A stretch of 62,017 bases of DNA, counting the filler, from Choristocarpus tenellus KU-1152 (Eukaryota > Protista > Phaeophyceae): the NCBI GenBank assembly GCA_964200185.2. It is 10 parts of 10 records of this genome, joined end to end, with 100 filler letters (N's around TTAATTAATTAA, not from the genome) between each part and the next. Parts side by side here need not be neighbours in the genome. Positions count along the whole stretch, not along the records: positions 20,783 to 32,376 come from CAXNAD020002230.1; positions 32,477 to 35,381 come from CAXNAD020023763.1; positions 35,482 to 40,781 come from CAXNAD020011230.1; 7 more parts are not named here. One strand, given 5' to 3'. Of the stretch, positions 27,572 through 40,781 are shown in pieces (position 1 is the stretch's first letter; each line of letters begins with the position of its first letter). Both the position numbers and the translations under genes were made by a program. The notes beneath the pieces were generated by a model that was not told the DNA's origin, made no database searches, and was given only the letters and a program-made list of their open reading frames with translations.

Positions 27572-29060
27572 TACCTCCCAAACAACTATTAGTCCATCTG
27601 TACAAACCTTCGCTTCACTCGTCATTCCTCCACATAGAGTGCTTATTAAATGTCTGAGTCAGATGTCAGGTGAGTCATCAATGTCAACAGCATTCTAAAT
27701 GGGTATGGACAACCACGTGCAGTAATGCGTATTGGTCACTCACCCATCTCCTCTCTGTAAAAAGTCGAAACATATAGCACGAACATTGATGAAGAGATCT
27801 AAAATACTGCTTTTTCTGGCCAGCATGCTAGGCAGGAGTGAAGTGAGTAGGAGGTACTTCAACAATTTGATACACCTATCATTTCTCTATACTTGCCCTT
27901 CTTTGGTGTATGCAAAACTTTAGGTAGAGAGACATCACTTGTGCAGTGAGCGACCACTGTCCTGTTGACCAGCTGCTCCAAGGCATTATTCCTGATCATC
28001 AGCAATGCTTGCTAACCTTTGCACAGTAAGAAAAAAGTGAAGACCTCCTCAATGCGTACCTTTGCTCCAGATTTGAGCACCACGAAGACATACGCAGCGA
28101 GGATGAAACCTTGGAAGGTACGAAATAGTTTTTTTTCTTTTTGTTCAAGTATGCTCCGTTCTATTTGTAGGTTTACTTGTTCTTGTTTGTTATGATCAGA
28201 TTTTTGATCCTTTCATGTTGATCTTGCAATCCTAATTGCTTAATAATCTTGACCACCTTGTTTTAAAACTTGTCATAGAAAACAGGTACCAACAGGGTCC
28301 ACCCTTCACCACCCTTCACCCTTTCTCTGACTGCATTGTACCGAACTGCTTGCCAAAGGGGACATTGTTTGCCCAAGGCGGACTGAGTCTGGAAGCGAGG
28401 GATGGAAAGACTCTGACTTGAAATGCGTGGGTGCACTGTTGTACGAGAGATATCCACTTCACAGGAATAGAAATGGTCCACAAGAGACTGTATGCCAGGA
28501 GAAGAGGAGCAGCAACTAATGTCGAAATGCAAGAGGTTAGTCAACATTAGCTCATGGAGGTAGTCCACAAAGACTCTCATTGTTTCTAGCTTGAAGTAAA
28601 ATACAATCTAACCCCGTGGCATAGGTAACATTGAGTTTGACTTAATCTTCCATTATCAAATGATGTCCATGCGACTATTAACTGTGAAAAGGGGAGCAAC
28701 ACTTTTGCATCCATGGCAACAGAGGGAATACTATATTGACATTTTGACATTGTTGTGTGTAGTGAAATGACTAAAAATTTCCCCTGCTGTGTATAGTATA
28801 GGGGGTAGCAGTTGTGGAGGCATGGGTAGGGGGGAGGATATCCATCAACTCCATCCTTATCTCTGATGTCGTCACCATTGACTAATCTACAGCAATGGTG
28901 TGTGTGATGGAGATGAGTTCTTGTGGTGTGTATTGAGTAGGACTGCCCATCCTTCTGATTCTCCTTGAAACAGCCTTGTGCCTGTGACATTGCATCCACC
29001 ATTCCATCATTCAATCAATTGGACTACTCAGATTGTTTCAGCTTGAACTAGACTGGTACT

Positions 29061-29312
29061 GACCTAAATCACTAAAGGGGATAGGGGTTTTGTCCTGTTT
29101 GTCCGTTCAGGGTTTGGCTTCCCATGGGTTTTTTATGCCCTTTTTCGGTTTTCTGTGTGTGTTACCTAAAATGTACATGACTATGAAAGGTGGGTCCGGA
29201 GCAAGGATATTGACACTTGCTAATGAACATGTTAGCCAAATTTAACAAAATCGCAACATTGGATTTTGGACCCCAAACGGATGGGGCCCTACCCTCTTAA
29301 ATGCTTTGGCTC
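29061..29312 (+). mobile_element. MITE family A variant with TACT TSD
   Basis: Diverged full copy flanked by TACT on both sides. Confidence 0.85.
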
Positions 29313-30706
29313 TACTACTTATACGTATATGAGTGAACCTCCGAGATTACAAACCAAACGGATAGAAGAGAATGAAAAAATAAAGTTTTATCTCAAACAA
29401 ATACAAAAAACCCTACATCCATTAGGACTTTCAAACGAAATTTTTGTGCCATCTCCAATGTTGTGTGGTCTTTTTTACAGTCCTGATTGACCCCTATTTT
29501 ATGTGACGCAAATCTCCAATATCACTCCTCCCCCCTCGATACCCCTTCTTCATGTACGTCTCGTAGGTTGCCAGCAGCACCCTCTCCAAGAATCCAGGGA
29601 CACAACAACATAACAGTGAGCATGCCAGGCCTCCCACAAATTGCTGAGGTCAAATGTATTGCACATATAAATGACACATTGGCCAGATGTGTTGAGCTCA
29701 AGAATAAGGAAGGGCTCCTTTGGTCAAGGGAAACAAACTGAAACTTGGAAAACAGGAGGATGCCCCACTCGAATGAAGGATCCCGTGGCTGGGACGTTGG
29801 ATAACTGGGGGCTGCCAACTTATCACCTACACCTCCTTGAAGAGGTAATTGATGAGTGAACTTATGTATTGTATATGTGTTGTATTTTGTATGATATTCA
29901 TGGTTTATGGTGGGTGTTCTTCTGGGATGATTGCTCTCTTCTCTAATTGCATTGCCAGCATAGTATTGTGCATATGGTTTGAAGTTGTGCACGATGTATG
30001 ACTAATGCACTCTGGAATAGACGGATTTTCGATAGACTTGATAGCTTCTACCCATTGCCTGGCAGCGTAAGCCGTAGCTCATATACAACATAGCACTTGG
30101 AATATCTGTCTCTAGGTACAGGTGGACAGTCTCTCACAGTTCAGCAGGATGAGTCCTCAGGTCATAGTCAATGCATGGCGATTTGGGATGCGATCTCCTG
30201 TTATAGCAGACGAGATGATGAGAGTATCAATGCTACTCCTCGATGTGTTACCATAATGGTGGTTGTTCTTGTAGGTAGTGATTCGAGTAGACCTCTTAGT
30301 TTTCGTCTTCCACTGTATGTGAACTTCCTCTGCCGTAAATGCAGTCAATATTCTGTGAGGCTGGGGAGGTGTGTAGTTTGTTGGCACTACAGTCAACTCC
30401 AGACTATATACAGGAAGTATTGTCCGCATGTGTCTAGAGTAGATGTATTTGTTTTTTTTTGTGAATAATCTTTTCGTACTGATGTTTTAATTTGGCTTGT
30501 ATTCCAAGTGTTTTGCTAGGTTAGGACTGGAAAGTGGTTCTTTTTGGCTGCCAATCAACTCCTGCAATAATATCTATCCATGTACAGGAGTATAGTGAGT
30601 GGCACGAAGGAGCAGTTCATAGGAGGTGCTCTTCAAGCACTCTGAGATCTTGTTGACTGGCTAATGGTGGGCAAGTTAACCGCTTTCTGATTTGCTCCCA
30701 CTTTGT

Positions 30707-30882
30707 GAGTAAAGTTACCTTAGAGGGTGCGAGTTTTAACTGTTTGTCCATTTGGGGTTTGGCTTCCCACGGGTTTTTAATCGTATTATACCTAATCCGA
30801 CATGGTTTGGAGTAGGTAAAATGTGTACATTAAGAAAACGTGTGTCTGGAACAAGGATATTGACATTTCCTAACAAACACAA
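30707..30882 (+). mobile_element. MITE family A, 3'-truncated
   Basis: Left TIR and internal sequence through CCTAACAAACAC. Confidence 0.8.
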
Positions 30883-32318
30883 TGTGTAGGTGCAGAGGGG
30901 AAGAGAATGCCTAAGTTTTAATGAAGAACATAGGGCTAAGTTTCAAAACGGCTGTCTCCGATTCAACTAGATTGTTTTTAAAAATATTCCAAGGTTTCTG
31001 CTTCATATATAATCAATTAGTGCTTAACATTACAGCTCCACTGTAATATACATACACTCGAGCCAAACTTAGTCGCTTTGTGGGTAAACCCCTTTTTTGG
31101 TCATGTAAACTTGAAGTTTTGGAGCAGAGAGCAAGGCGTTCTTGTCTTTCTAGTCTTCCTAGTCCTTCTAGTCTGCACGTGTCAACAACACATGTTGTGA
31201 ACTAGCTAAAGTCAAAGTAAACGAGAGGTGTCCAGCGTTGCATTTTGAGGATGCTGACAAATGTATGCAAAAATTGACCTTTATTACAAATTAGTATTGG
31301 ATATTTTCTTAATTTTTTCAGAAATGTTTCAAAAATTAGAGAAATAAATGCTCTCAAGTCAATCTTTTTAACTTCATAATAGGAATATGGGTGAATGACA
31401 AAATAATGAAAAACAAACTTAAAGTGCAAAACGCCAGTAACCTGGGTACCTCTCGTTTTTCTTTTGCTCACTGACAGCTTATAATCCCCATTGGCACTTG
31501 GTGCTCCCCTTTCTCAGGCACACCAGGACAATCCTTCACTACACTAGAGGTCTCAATTATAGCATCACATTCATGCCATCACATTAATGTTTGGGGTATA
31601 TGGAGCTTCGTATGTGGAGAACTTCACCTTTACTGGAGTCGTCCTCCCTCCTAGGAGTAGATCCAGGTCATTGGCTGCTTCACCAGTGTAGTGGAGGATC
31701 ATGCACTTCAAGACGAGAAACATGTGACGTTGCACTTGTTACTTGTCCGCAGGCATTGTGTCCTTCCAGGCATACTCCCAGAAGCGGTCATTGCACTGAT
31801 AGGTGGGCACTACTTCACCAAAGCACGACACAGAAAGAAGCACCCAACAAAACTTTCCTTCGTTTCATGCATGAATTGTAGCATCACTTGTCTACAAACC
31901 ACGCCAAGTGCATCACAGGGTAGCTGATAATACTCATCCTTTGCTTTGGTCCAGACTTTCTGTAGGCTATTAATACATATTTTATGGAGTGGAATGCACT
32001 TTATGGGTTCGGCGTTGTGTGCCAGATCAGCTTGTATGTATGTAGCACTCTAATCATATTCTCAATCAAGGCAGATCAGGGCATTCTATTTGCACCTACC
32101 TTCACCACAGCTGGAAGATCTCTTGCCTTAGCTGGGTCCATTGCCAGGCTCAGGAAATCTAGATGCTCTCTTGGAGTGCTTGTGGATAGGAAAGCCTGGA
32201 TGTCTGACTCCTGAAAGAGAGTGCAAGCAAATGGAATTTGACTTTTTTGCATTGTGTGGGTTGTCATGCGCTTCTTGATGAATTGAGGACCCTGGTTGCG
32301 GTTGTCCATTATCCCTCT

Positions 32319-32376
32319 GAGCGAAAGTATCTTAGAGGGTAGAGCCGCGTCCATTTGGGGACACAATCCAATGTTG
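32319..32376 (-). mobile_element. MITE family A end cut by contig boundary
   Basis: AAAGTATCTTAGAGGGTAGAGCCGCGTCCATTTGGGG. Confidence 0.85.
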
Positions 32377-33274
32377 NNNNNNNNNNNNNNNNNNNNNNNN
32401 NNNNNNNNNNNNNNNNNNNNTTAATTAATTAANNNNNNNNNNNNNNNNNNNNNNNNNNNNNNNNNNNNNNNNNNNNTTTTGGGAGAGCAAGGTTGTAACC
32501 TCTTTCTTTTATGTCCCCTCCCCTTCCCCCCCTCCCCTTCCCCCCCTCCCGCACCCCCCCCTTTTTTTAGAGTCCTGGTCTCTCTCTTTTGAACAGAGTT
32601 TTAAAGCCCTAACCCTTCCAACTCAAAATGGCCAAGACACACACACCCTTCCCTAACTCTTAGTATGTAATAGAAATACCTTCATCCCCCCCCACCCCTC
32701 CAATCCTGTGTAAACATATGATGGACACTATCTGTGCACCCCGTAGCTGTTTTTTATTTTTTATTCTAAAATGAGAGCTCTAGAGTGCTCTGGGCAGGAG
32801 TAAAGAGTATTGAATATGCGTGTATGTACCTTGATTGGTATGTATTATATTGAAGGTATACCTCACAATGTTGTACTGGTTTGCAGTGTGTTAGGGTTAT
32901 AGGGTTAGAGTTGGGGTTGGGGTTAGGGTTAGGGTTATACAGCCCAACGGTGATGGTGGCGTTTTAGGGTTTGTGTGATTTTTTAATTGTTCCATTTGTG
33001 AAGTTTAATGTAATTATATTCTTTTCCTTTTCTGAACTTAATTTTTAATACTCCCTCTGTCCCCGCATAAAAGTCTGCTCCATTATGCATGTACCTGTTC
33101 CGGATGGCCTCTTTTTTTTCTTTTTTTTTTAAAGCGATTTTTGTTGCGTTGGATCCATCGGTAATTTTCACGTAAGACAAGTTGAAGTTGTATTTGAAAA
33201 CGTTTATCCAGATCTGGACTGTGTTGAAACATAGGGTGCTCATTTTTTTTTTTGGATGTATTTTGACGCATATA

Positions 33275-33662
33275 CTCCCTCTGCTGTCCCATGTGTAAGT
33301 CTTTTTTGTTCTTTCCTTTGCGTATGTACCTCTTCGGGATGACCTCCGATTTAAAAAAAAAATTATTTTTATTTTTGCATTGAATTTTTTTTCGGTTTTT
33401 TCGGTTTTTTGTTGTTAGGATTATATACATTTTCCTAGTGGGCCTACTACGCTACGCCCTGGCCCAGCCTAACCTCTGTTCCATACTTTCAGAACAATTT
33501 CGGGATATATATATATATATATTTCGAATACAACTCGCCTTGCGTAAAATTATTCTGAGGAATCCGATGTTGAAAGCCGTTTTTTTTTTTTTAAATCAGA
33601 GGTCATCCCGAAGAGGTACATGCGTAGAGGAACAAACAGACTTGCACATGGGACAGAGGGAG
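33275..33662. mobile_element. Stowaway-like MITE with ~90-bp imperfect TIRs and TA TSD
   Basis: TA|CTCCCTCTGCTGTCCC ... GGGACAGAGGGAG|TA; arms 33275-33362 and 33580-33662 are reverse complements. A related left end lies at 33051. Confidence 0.85.
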
Positions 33663-33869
33663 TACATTCGTTCGTTCATCCATCCATCCACCCATCCATC
33701 CACCCATCTATCTACCCATCCATACATCCATCCACACATCCATATGTCCATACATCCATTGATGCAAGAGAGGATATCACTAATTAATTTCCCATGTACA
33801 ATACATAGTACAGTATTAACATTAACATTGGTGAATGTCACTGTTTATCGTTGTGTTATTTTTCAAAAG

Positions 33870-35288
33870 GTTTCTTCCAGACTACCTTTTGAATTTGGAG
33901 AGAAGAAATGGCCTTGAGAGAGCCAAGAAGCTGGGAGTTGCAGAGGTGAGTCTTGTATGGAACTTTCCCTAACCCTAACTAAATCTTGACCTCAACCCTA
34001 ACCTTAGCCTTCACTAATTCATCACTAAATCTCGTCCCTAACCCTAAACCTTTCTATATCCCAGACAGACCTACATCCGATTTTCTTTAGTAAAAAATGA
34101 TACAGGATAGATGGAAGATATATTTAAAAAAAGTAAAGAATGACTTACAAAATATTTCCATGTCGTTGAAACTCTCTTGCACATAAAATTTAATGTTCAT
34201 TACTGTCGGTTTTTGTACTTTTTCTCTCATTTAAAAAAAAATCGGATCATTTACAAAAAATAATTCTCTGAGGTGGTACACTTGAGAGTTGCACTGTTGT
34301 ATTGTGTTTTAAAGTTCGGATCATTTATTCTTTTTAATTTTTTTATTCTCCAAGGTGATACACAAGAGGGTTGCACTGCATGTACAATCTTTGTGTTTTA
34401 AAATTCGGATCATTTATTGTTTAAAATTTTTATCCTCTGTGGCCGTACACTTGAGAGTTGTACTGTATGTATAGTATTTTTGTTTTTGTGAACAATGTAT
34501 ATTTCAATATTATTATTGTATAATATATATTAATAATATTTTTCTAGTTTATTGTTTTCTTTTGCGTTTGGTGATTCGAATCAGGCCCAGATATATCTCG
34601 TTGAAAGAAGAATATGAATGTATCTGGGGGTGGGTCTCATATATATATATATATATTTTTTTTTTCTGAGAAGGGTCGATCAGCGACGATTTTTTTGATA
34701 AAAAAAAGAAGAAAAATTTTAGTGAATTTTATTTCGGACATTAAAAGATTTTCGATTTTAAAGAGCGTTTAAATACTGTATGTAGGCATTTAAATATTAT
34801 TAGTATGTTTATGTGTAGTTTTTATTTTTAAAATATGAAGTTTATATTTAAAAGCGTGAATTATAGATTCATCTAGTATTTTTATTATTTTTGCAATCCT
34901 GCCACGAAGACCCAACAAATATCTTAATCCCTAACCCTAAAGGGAATCCTAGATTCTGTCCAGTCCTAACCCTAACCCTATCGGATGCGTCTTCGCTTCC
35001 TCCTTCATCCCAACCCTTAAAGTAAACCCCTTGAAAAGTACACTCAACCCTAACCCTAGTGATAGTCCTTACTGTGATTCTCTCTTGTATGCATGCATGC
35101 CTGTTACATACATTTAACTGTATTTTACCTCATTATTTAACTATTATAATTCTCTAGGTTAAGGCCTCATCACTGCCAGATGATGTGGGTCTACTGCAAG
35201 AGCTGGTTGAGGATGGTGTGCTGGTGGCAACTCCTCCCCAAGATTATGATGACTCCTACTGTATCAAGTATGCCATGGCCAGAGATGG
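33870..35288 (+). CDS. Two exons of a Zc3h12a/Regnase-like NYN (PIN-fold) ribonuclease domain protein
   Basis: Exons 33870-33945 (FLPDYLL...) and 35158-35288 (LLQELVEDGVLVATPPQDYDDSYCIKYAMARDG) splice in phase 0; L..L...G.L..TP..YDD..I..A...DG is the RNase_Zc3h12a pattern. Truncated by contig end. Confidence 0.75.
34238..34470. repeat. Three diverged 75-90-bp tandem units in an intron
   Basis: Recurrent TCGGATCATTTA ... TACAC..GAG.GTTG.ACTG. Confidence 0.8.
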
Positions 35289-35989
35289 GTGAGATTCCCC
35301 CCCCCCCCCCCTTCCCCTGCCCTGGTTTTTTTTTTTTCCTTTCCAAAAATAATTTTTTTTTTTTTTTATTTTTTCTCTTTTNNNNNNNNNNNNNNNNNNN
35401 NNNNNNNNNNNNNNNNNNNNNNNNNTTAATTAATTAANNNNNNNNNNNNNNNNNNNNNNNNNNNNNNNNNNNNNNNNNNNNGTAGTAATGTGTACCATAT
35501 CAACAGGAAACAAATGAGTAGCCTATGTTTTAACAAACACACAGGCAAGTAATTACATCATTGTACAACATCACCATATGTTAGCATCCAAACATGGTTC
35601 CCTGCACCAAACACACAACCTAGACTCTTACAGATCATACCGACGTTTGACAGTTTCACAATGAACATTGTCACAGGGGGTTCTCCGGTTTTATATGTTG
35701 CGAAGTTGCTTGTCAAATAGATTGATTCATACTCTCGCTTTGTTGTAACGATCGACAGAACCCAGCAAAAGAAGGGAAATATGTCACGGTTTCATGCTAG
35801 TCCTATACGCATCCTCTTCACCCTATGTTACAAGCCCTACTTGTCTTCCTGATTTATGGGCGGCTCGAATAATCCACCCAAGTTTAACGAACCGCAAGTA
35901 TTCTAATCCATTCATCTTTTCCTCAGCCCCTGCCTCCTTCTCTGTATCCTGCCTCGCTTACTCCTTCTCACCAACCTCTACCTCATCCC

Positions 35990-37777
35990 TTGCCTCCTGA
36001 CGCTAACACCTCCTCCTGTTGTTTTGACTCCTCCTACTTCGCCACCGTCCTTTGCCTATACCTCCACCATCACAGAGATATCACAAACATCGTGATCACA
36101 CAGGACAAAAACGACACATCGAGCACGACCTTGACAAGTTCAAGTCCGAAACGAGCGCCATCCACAAGAGAGAAGTTGCCCTTCTCCAGACTCGACCAGG
36201 AGGCATCGTATTCACATTCACCACCCTCGGGGACAACCTCGATCCGGATCGTATCCAACTCCCTCATGGACGATTTCTTCACCTTCCGCAATTTTGCACT
36301 GGTGAAGACACCGGTAGCTGGTGGCATATCCACGCCTATACCTTGTGGAAGACCCAACCCACCAGGTGATGAAGAGGAATAAGATAACCCATGGACTAGC
36401 CCTGCAGTAGGTACGGGAAGCAGGACTCTACGAGGGGGGAGGCATACAGTCACACCCTCGGAACACAACTCTGAGGGCGATGGGGACCGACCCGTTTGTA
36501 ACGCTTTGTCAGGTCCAGAGGAACTTGCACAGGAGGACGTGAGGGGGTGGTTAGGCAGGGACTCAGAGTCCATGCCTGTCAGGAGTCACCCATTTATGTC
36601 CCCAAACGCCCATTCAGTGGGCAGAGGTTGCGATGAGTCCAAGGTGTCAGGGAACACCTACTACAATTCTGTGGGGCAAAGTGAGAACCATGCGCATGCT
36701 CATCCAACCACAACACCGAGGGACAAGCCTTCCACGAAAGGTAACGGAAAGAGGAAAAGGACGATTTTTCGGAAGAACAGGTTGAGAGAAGACTCTGAAG
36801 TCGATGGGGACACACCCAATTGTGATGCTTTGTCAGGTCCAGAGGAACTTGTACAGGAGGATGTGGGTGGGCGTTCAGGCACGGACTCAGAGTCCAAGCC
36901 TGTCGGGAGTGACCCCGGAATGTCCCCAAACGCCCATTCGGTGGGCAGCGACGGCGACGAGTCTCAAGTGCCAGGGAACACCTGCGACCATACTGTGAGG
37001 CGAAGTGAGAACCGCGTCCATGCCGATCCTACCCCAACCCTGAGGGAAAAGCCTTCCAAGAAGGGTAAAGGAAAGGGGAAAAGGATGCAAATTAGGAAGA
37101 AGAGGGTGAGAGAAGGTGCTGGACGGATGAGACCTTTCAAACAGCCTCGTGGTCCTGATGGCAGCGTTCTAGAACCTGGCTTCTTTGCAGACGTCTTCGC
37201 TTCTGCCAAAATGGGCAGATACACGGTAAATCCGTGTTCATCTACCTCAAGGTACGACGATGATGATGAAAGGTCATTTCATGTTGATGAGGATTGCATC
37301 AAACAGGACGTGGCCGACTCCGGCGATGCATCCGATGAGGGGATCACCGAAGCCTTCATGGAGGAGTGCGTTACCGAGCTCCTACGATCGGCAACGAAAC
37401 CTGCTTCTTCACAGTATTGAGTGCAGACTCAAATCCTCAATCAAGTCATATATGACCATGGGTTCAGGATAATCAAGGCCGGTAAAGGGGCTGATTCTCT
37501 TGTTTTCGGGGATGAATGCTACGTTCACCAGCCCACACATGCTAAACTTGGCCATCGTGGAGGGAAGCCAAGCAACACGTTGCGTCCTGAGCATATGGAA
37601 GCACTCCATGCGAGGAAGGCTATCTTCTTGAGCCTCGTGAAGCCCGAACCTTGGAACGCCAGATACTCCACACGCCTAAATCTATGGCACCTTCTTGTTG
37701 AGGCATACCCTAAGCTCATGGAGTGGTGGGAGAAGGGTGACGAATGCAATTTCGAGTCCGCCCACCAATTGAAATAG
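35990..37777 (+). pseudogene. Intronless reading frame with a 108-aa tandem duplication and two in-frame stops, unknown product
   Basis: ORFs 35990-36382, 36506-37420 and 37421-37777 share one frame, separated by single TAA and TGA; 324-nt repeat units 36468-36791 and 36792-~37115. Confidence 0.5.
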
Positions 37778-39576
37778 GACTTCAGTCGTTTCAGTTTTTT
37801 GTTTAAGTACAGGTAGAGTTACAGGTATACTGATGCACAAATCAGTGTACCTTGCCGTGGTGTCCGACTACCATTTTCATGCACTTTCCTTTCGATGAGT
37901 TATGCATTTAGATAGTGGTATCGGATACATTGCTGCCAGTCAGAGTTGTCAGCGTATCATATATCATGCTCACATTGAGGATTAGAGCTGTGTTATTATT
38001 TCTTTGCAATAACATGTTTGCTACAAGGTTTAGACAACTAAAATATAATGCATCAATCAAACAACTCTTCTCCATCTTCTCAGATAACCTTTCCAAACAA
38101 TTCGCCAGGGCCTGCGATGGATACCCTGTCCTTCTCAAAGCCGCTAATTACTCCTTGAACACTATAACGCACCTCCCCCCTTCTTCTCAATACTCTATGC
38201 ACCATCTCATGCTTTGTCCAAGTGTCGACAAACTAGAACCGATTTCGTCCTCCTTCGAATCTTAGAGGATCATATACCGAAGTCCATGCACGATACTCCT
38301 AAGCACAGCACCAACCCAGGACCTCTGGAAGTGCACCTTGAACTACTTTCAGAGAAACGTACGACAACAGACCTTGACCAATAGCCACTCGTATACACCT
38401 CTGGATTCCGTCCACACCTTACATGAGAAATGTAATGCACTAACCCGAAAACAAAACCTGACCCTTTTCCCTTCCTTCGTATCAACAATTTCAACCCTAA
38501 CACCCTCAGCGACAACGTCTTATTACATACTAAATCCAATACATGCACGCAAATAAGCGAAGTATTACATTTAAACTGTACATGATATGTATGTTTTGGT
38601 TCCTCGTGCACACACCAGGAGAACAGGCCCAAACTGACAGTCCTCTTTGTGTACACACCAGACACGACTCATGCAAGGAAATACACGAAAAATGCAACCT
38701 CCCAACAGTCCATATTCTCTTTTTCAATTCCTCATCCAACAGTGGGAAAACACACCCTAACTGACAGCCCTCTTTATATGCCAAACAAATCCCACTCATG
38801 CAACCAAACAAACCAATAACCAGCCCTGGAACAACCTAACCCATATCTCTTATTCTTTATCGTAACTGCACGACCAACATACATAAACCAATAATCCAGT
38901 TTGAACAGACTCGAAATCCGGTACATGCAAACGTCGAAACTCCGAACCAAACCCAAATAAATGGTGGCATATAGTCCCATTCCTCTTGCGTACGCAAGGA
39001 CAGAAAGGAACCTAACCAACAGTATTTTTTTTTTGCTGACATTTTAAATCCGACACGTACGACCAAATCACACCAAAAAGTGAAAATCGAAAAAAGGGTG
39101 AAAAACAGACGCCGGCACCCCCCCCCAGATACTTTGACCCGTACCTCTTGTGTACTTTGAGTCATAAGTAACATTTGACCTCTCAATAGGGATATGTTGG
39201 GGCGGGCATTGCTGGGAAACAGGTGAGACCCAATAGTGACGTACCTCCTATCGTTCAGTTCCTCCAGATCATGGACAATGTAAAAGGGTCGAACACACTG
39301 TGTCGGGTCGTGGTGCACCTTTAGAATGAAGGAGGTAAGGAGGAAAGAGCCCAGAAGGCAGAAATAACTATGTTGATGTATGAGGTGATCTAATTATTTA
39401 ATGTCTCTCAAGACAATCACGATCTGTAAAAATGTAGACAATTTATAACTGCTACGAATTTATTTTTGTTTGCGGTGTATCTCTACTGCGTACATTTTAC
39501 TACTTTTTCCCTTTTTTGTGCAGGTGACGACCAGCAAGGGATTATTGTTCACTTAGTATCTGGAGTTTTCATATCT

Positions 39577-39833
39577 GATTGAAAGTATCTTAGAGGGTAT
39601 GAGTTTTGTCCTGTTTGTCCATTTGGGGCTTAGCTTCCCTTAGAGTTTTTTTTACATTTTCCTACTCCAAGACATTTCGGAGCAGGTAAAATATGTATGA
39701 TATGAAAAGGTGTGTCTGGAACAAGGATATTGACGCTTCCTAACAAACACGATAGCCAAAATTACAATGAAATCGCAACATTGGATTTTGGCCCCAAATG
39801 GACGCGGCTCTACCCCCTAAGATACTTTGGCTC
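39577..39833 (+). mobile_element. MITE family A (~260 bp), full copy with ATCT TSD
   Basis: Family TIR consensus GAGTGAAAGTATCTTAGAGGGTA / TACCCTCTAAGATACTTTGRCTC; ATCT on both flanks. Confidence 0.9.
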
Positions 39834-40229
39834 ATCTAACAGTAGACATAATATTATGCACAAGCAAAGCTTGTCATTGAGATAGCAATAGATTCGTGCG
39901 TAGAGCAGGAGGAGTTGCAAACAGAATATGGTCCATTTATGGATGATATATTGACTTTTCAACATGGTATGCCACATCACCGATGCATGCAACAACTGTC
40001 AACAAATCCTTCTCAAACTTCACATGACTTTCAAAGCAGTGTTGTTGACAAGCTGCGATTGCAAGGTGAAGAGTCCTTGAAGTTGGGTAACTCAGAACCT
40101 TCTTGTGGGTTTCAACTCAGCTCCATTACTACTGCAGGAGTCGAGTATCACACAGGTACTTTCACTATGTGCTTTATAGTATTTACATTGTGCATCAGTT
40201 ATTGCATTCGGTCGCAGGAATGATTTTTA

Positions 40230-40781
40230 CCTCCTCCGTTCGGAATTAAATGTAACATAAATTTTGCAGCCCCCATAAAGAAGCAAGATTATTTTTACAT
40301 GTTCATATTTGTGGGTGTGTTAGTACTTACACTGAAAGGTTGCCCACCGAAATCTCAACCAAAATGGAGCAGCCTACACCTATCTATGATTTCTCCGCCA
40401 ATGTTCTCCAAAACTCCATTCCAGCATGGTATTTTGCGGTATCCATTGGGCATTGGGGGGGGCTTGCCTGCCTTCTCAGCCTTTTCCTTGCAAAGATCGA
40501 GAATTTTGAAGACATTACCACCGTTGAACCCTAGTACTTCACCGTACATATCAAAGACACTCTGCCAGATGCGCTCTAGCACCTCCCAGGTGTACCTTAA
40601 GTTGCTGGACGGAGTGAAAGAATCCCAGGTCATTGACATTGAGGTCAGGTGAGTTGACTGGCTGGGTCTCTATGGCAATGTCATCCCCCGCTGCTTCCTC
40701 GATTGCCTCCATCCCCCCCCCCTCTTCTGCCGCCCGAAGCTGGTGTGTCCTTCTGGTCTCGGCCTGCGGGCCTTGATTGCC
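40230..40781 (-). mobile_element. 3' end of a second DD39D-type mariner element with its TIR
   Basis: Minus strand reads QPVNSPDLNVNDLGFFHSVQQLK then LERIWQSVFDMYGEVLGFNGGNVFKI; Stowaway/mariner-like terminus TA|CCTCCTCCGTTCGGAATT at 40228-40247. Confidence 0.85.

Larger units (their letters stand above)
26250..28110. repeat. Old dispersed repeat in two inverted copies (~26250-26900 and ~27730-28110)
   Basis: Colinear diverged similarity, e.g. GAGGAGGTCTTC and GTGTATCAAA.TGTTGA, on opposite strands. Confidence 0.75.
25385..30335. repeat. Dispersed ~170-bp repeat pair in opposite orientation (25385-25550 and 30165-30335)
   Basis: Shared ACGAAAACTAAGAGGTCTACTC...ACAAGAACAACC...ATTGATACT...GCATCCCAAA. 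Confidence 0.8.

Noticed and set aside
34238-34470. Repeat-spacer-like pattern
   Set aside because: Intervening segments are homologous to each other, so it is a diverged tandem repeat.
37418-37420. TGA readthrough or selenocysteine in the orphan ORF
   Set aside because: A second in-frame TAA and no recognisable SECIS make simple decay (e.g. CGA to TGA) more likely.
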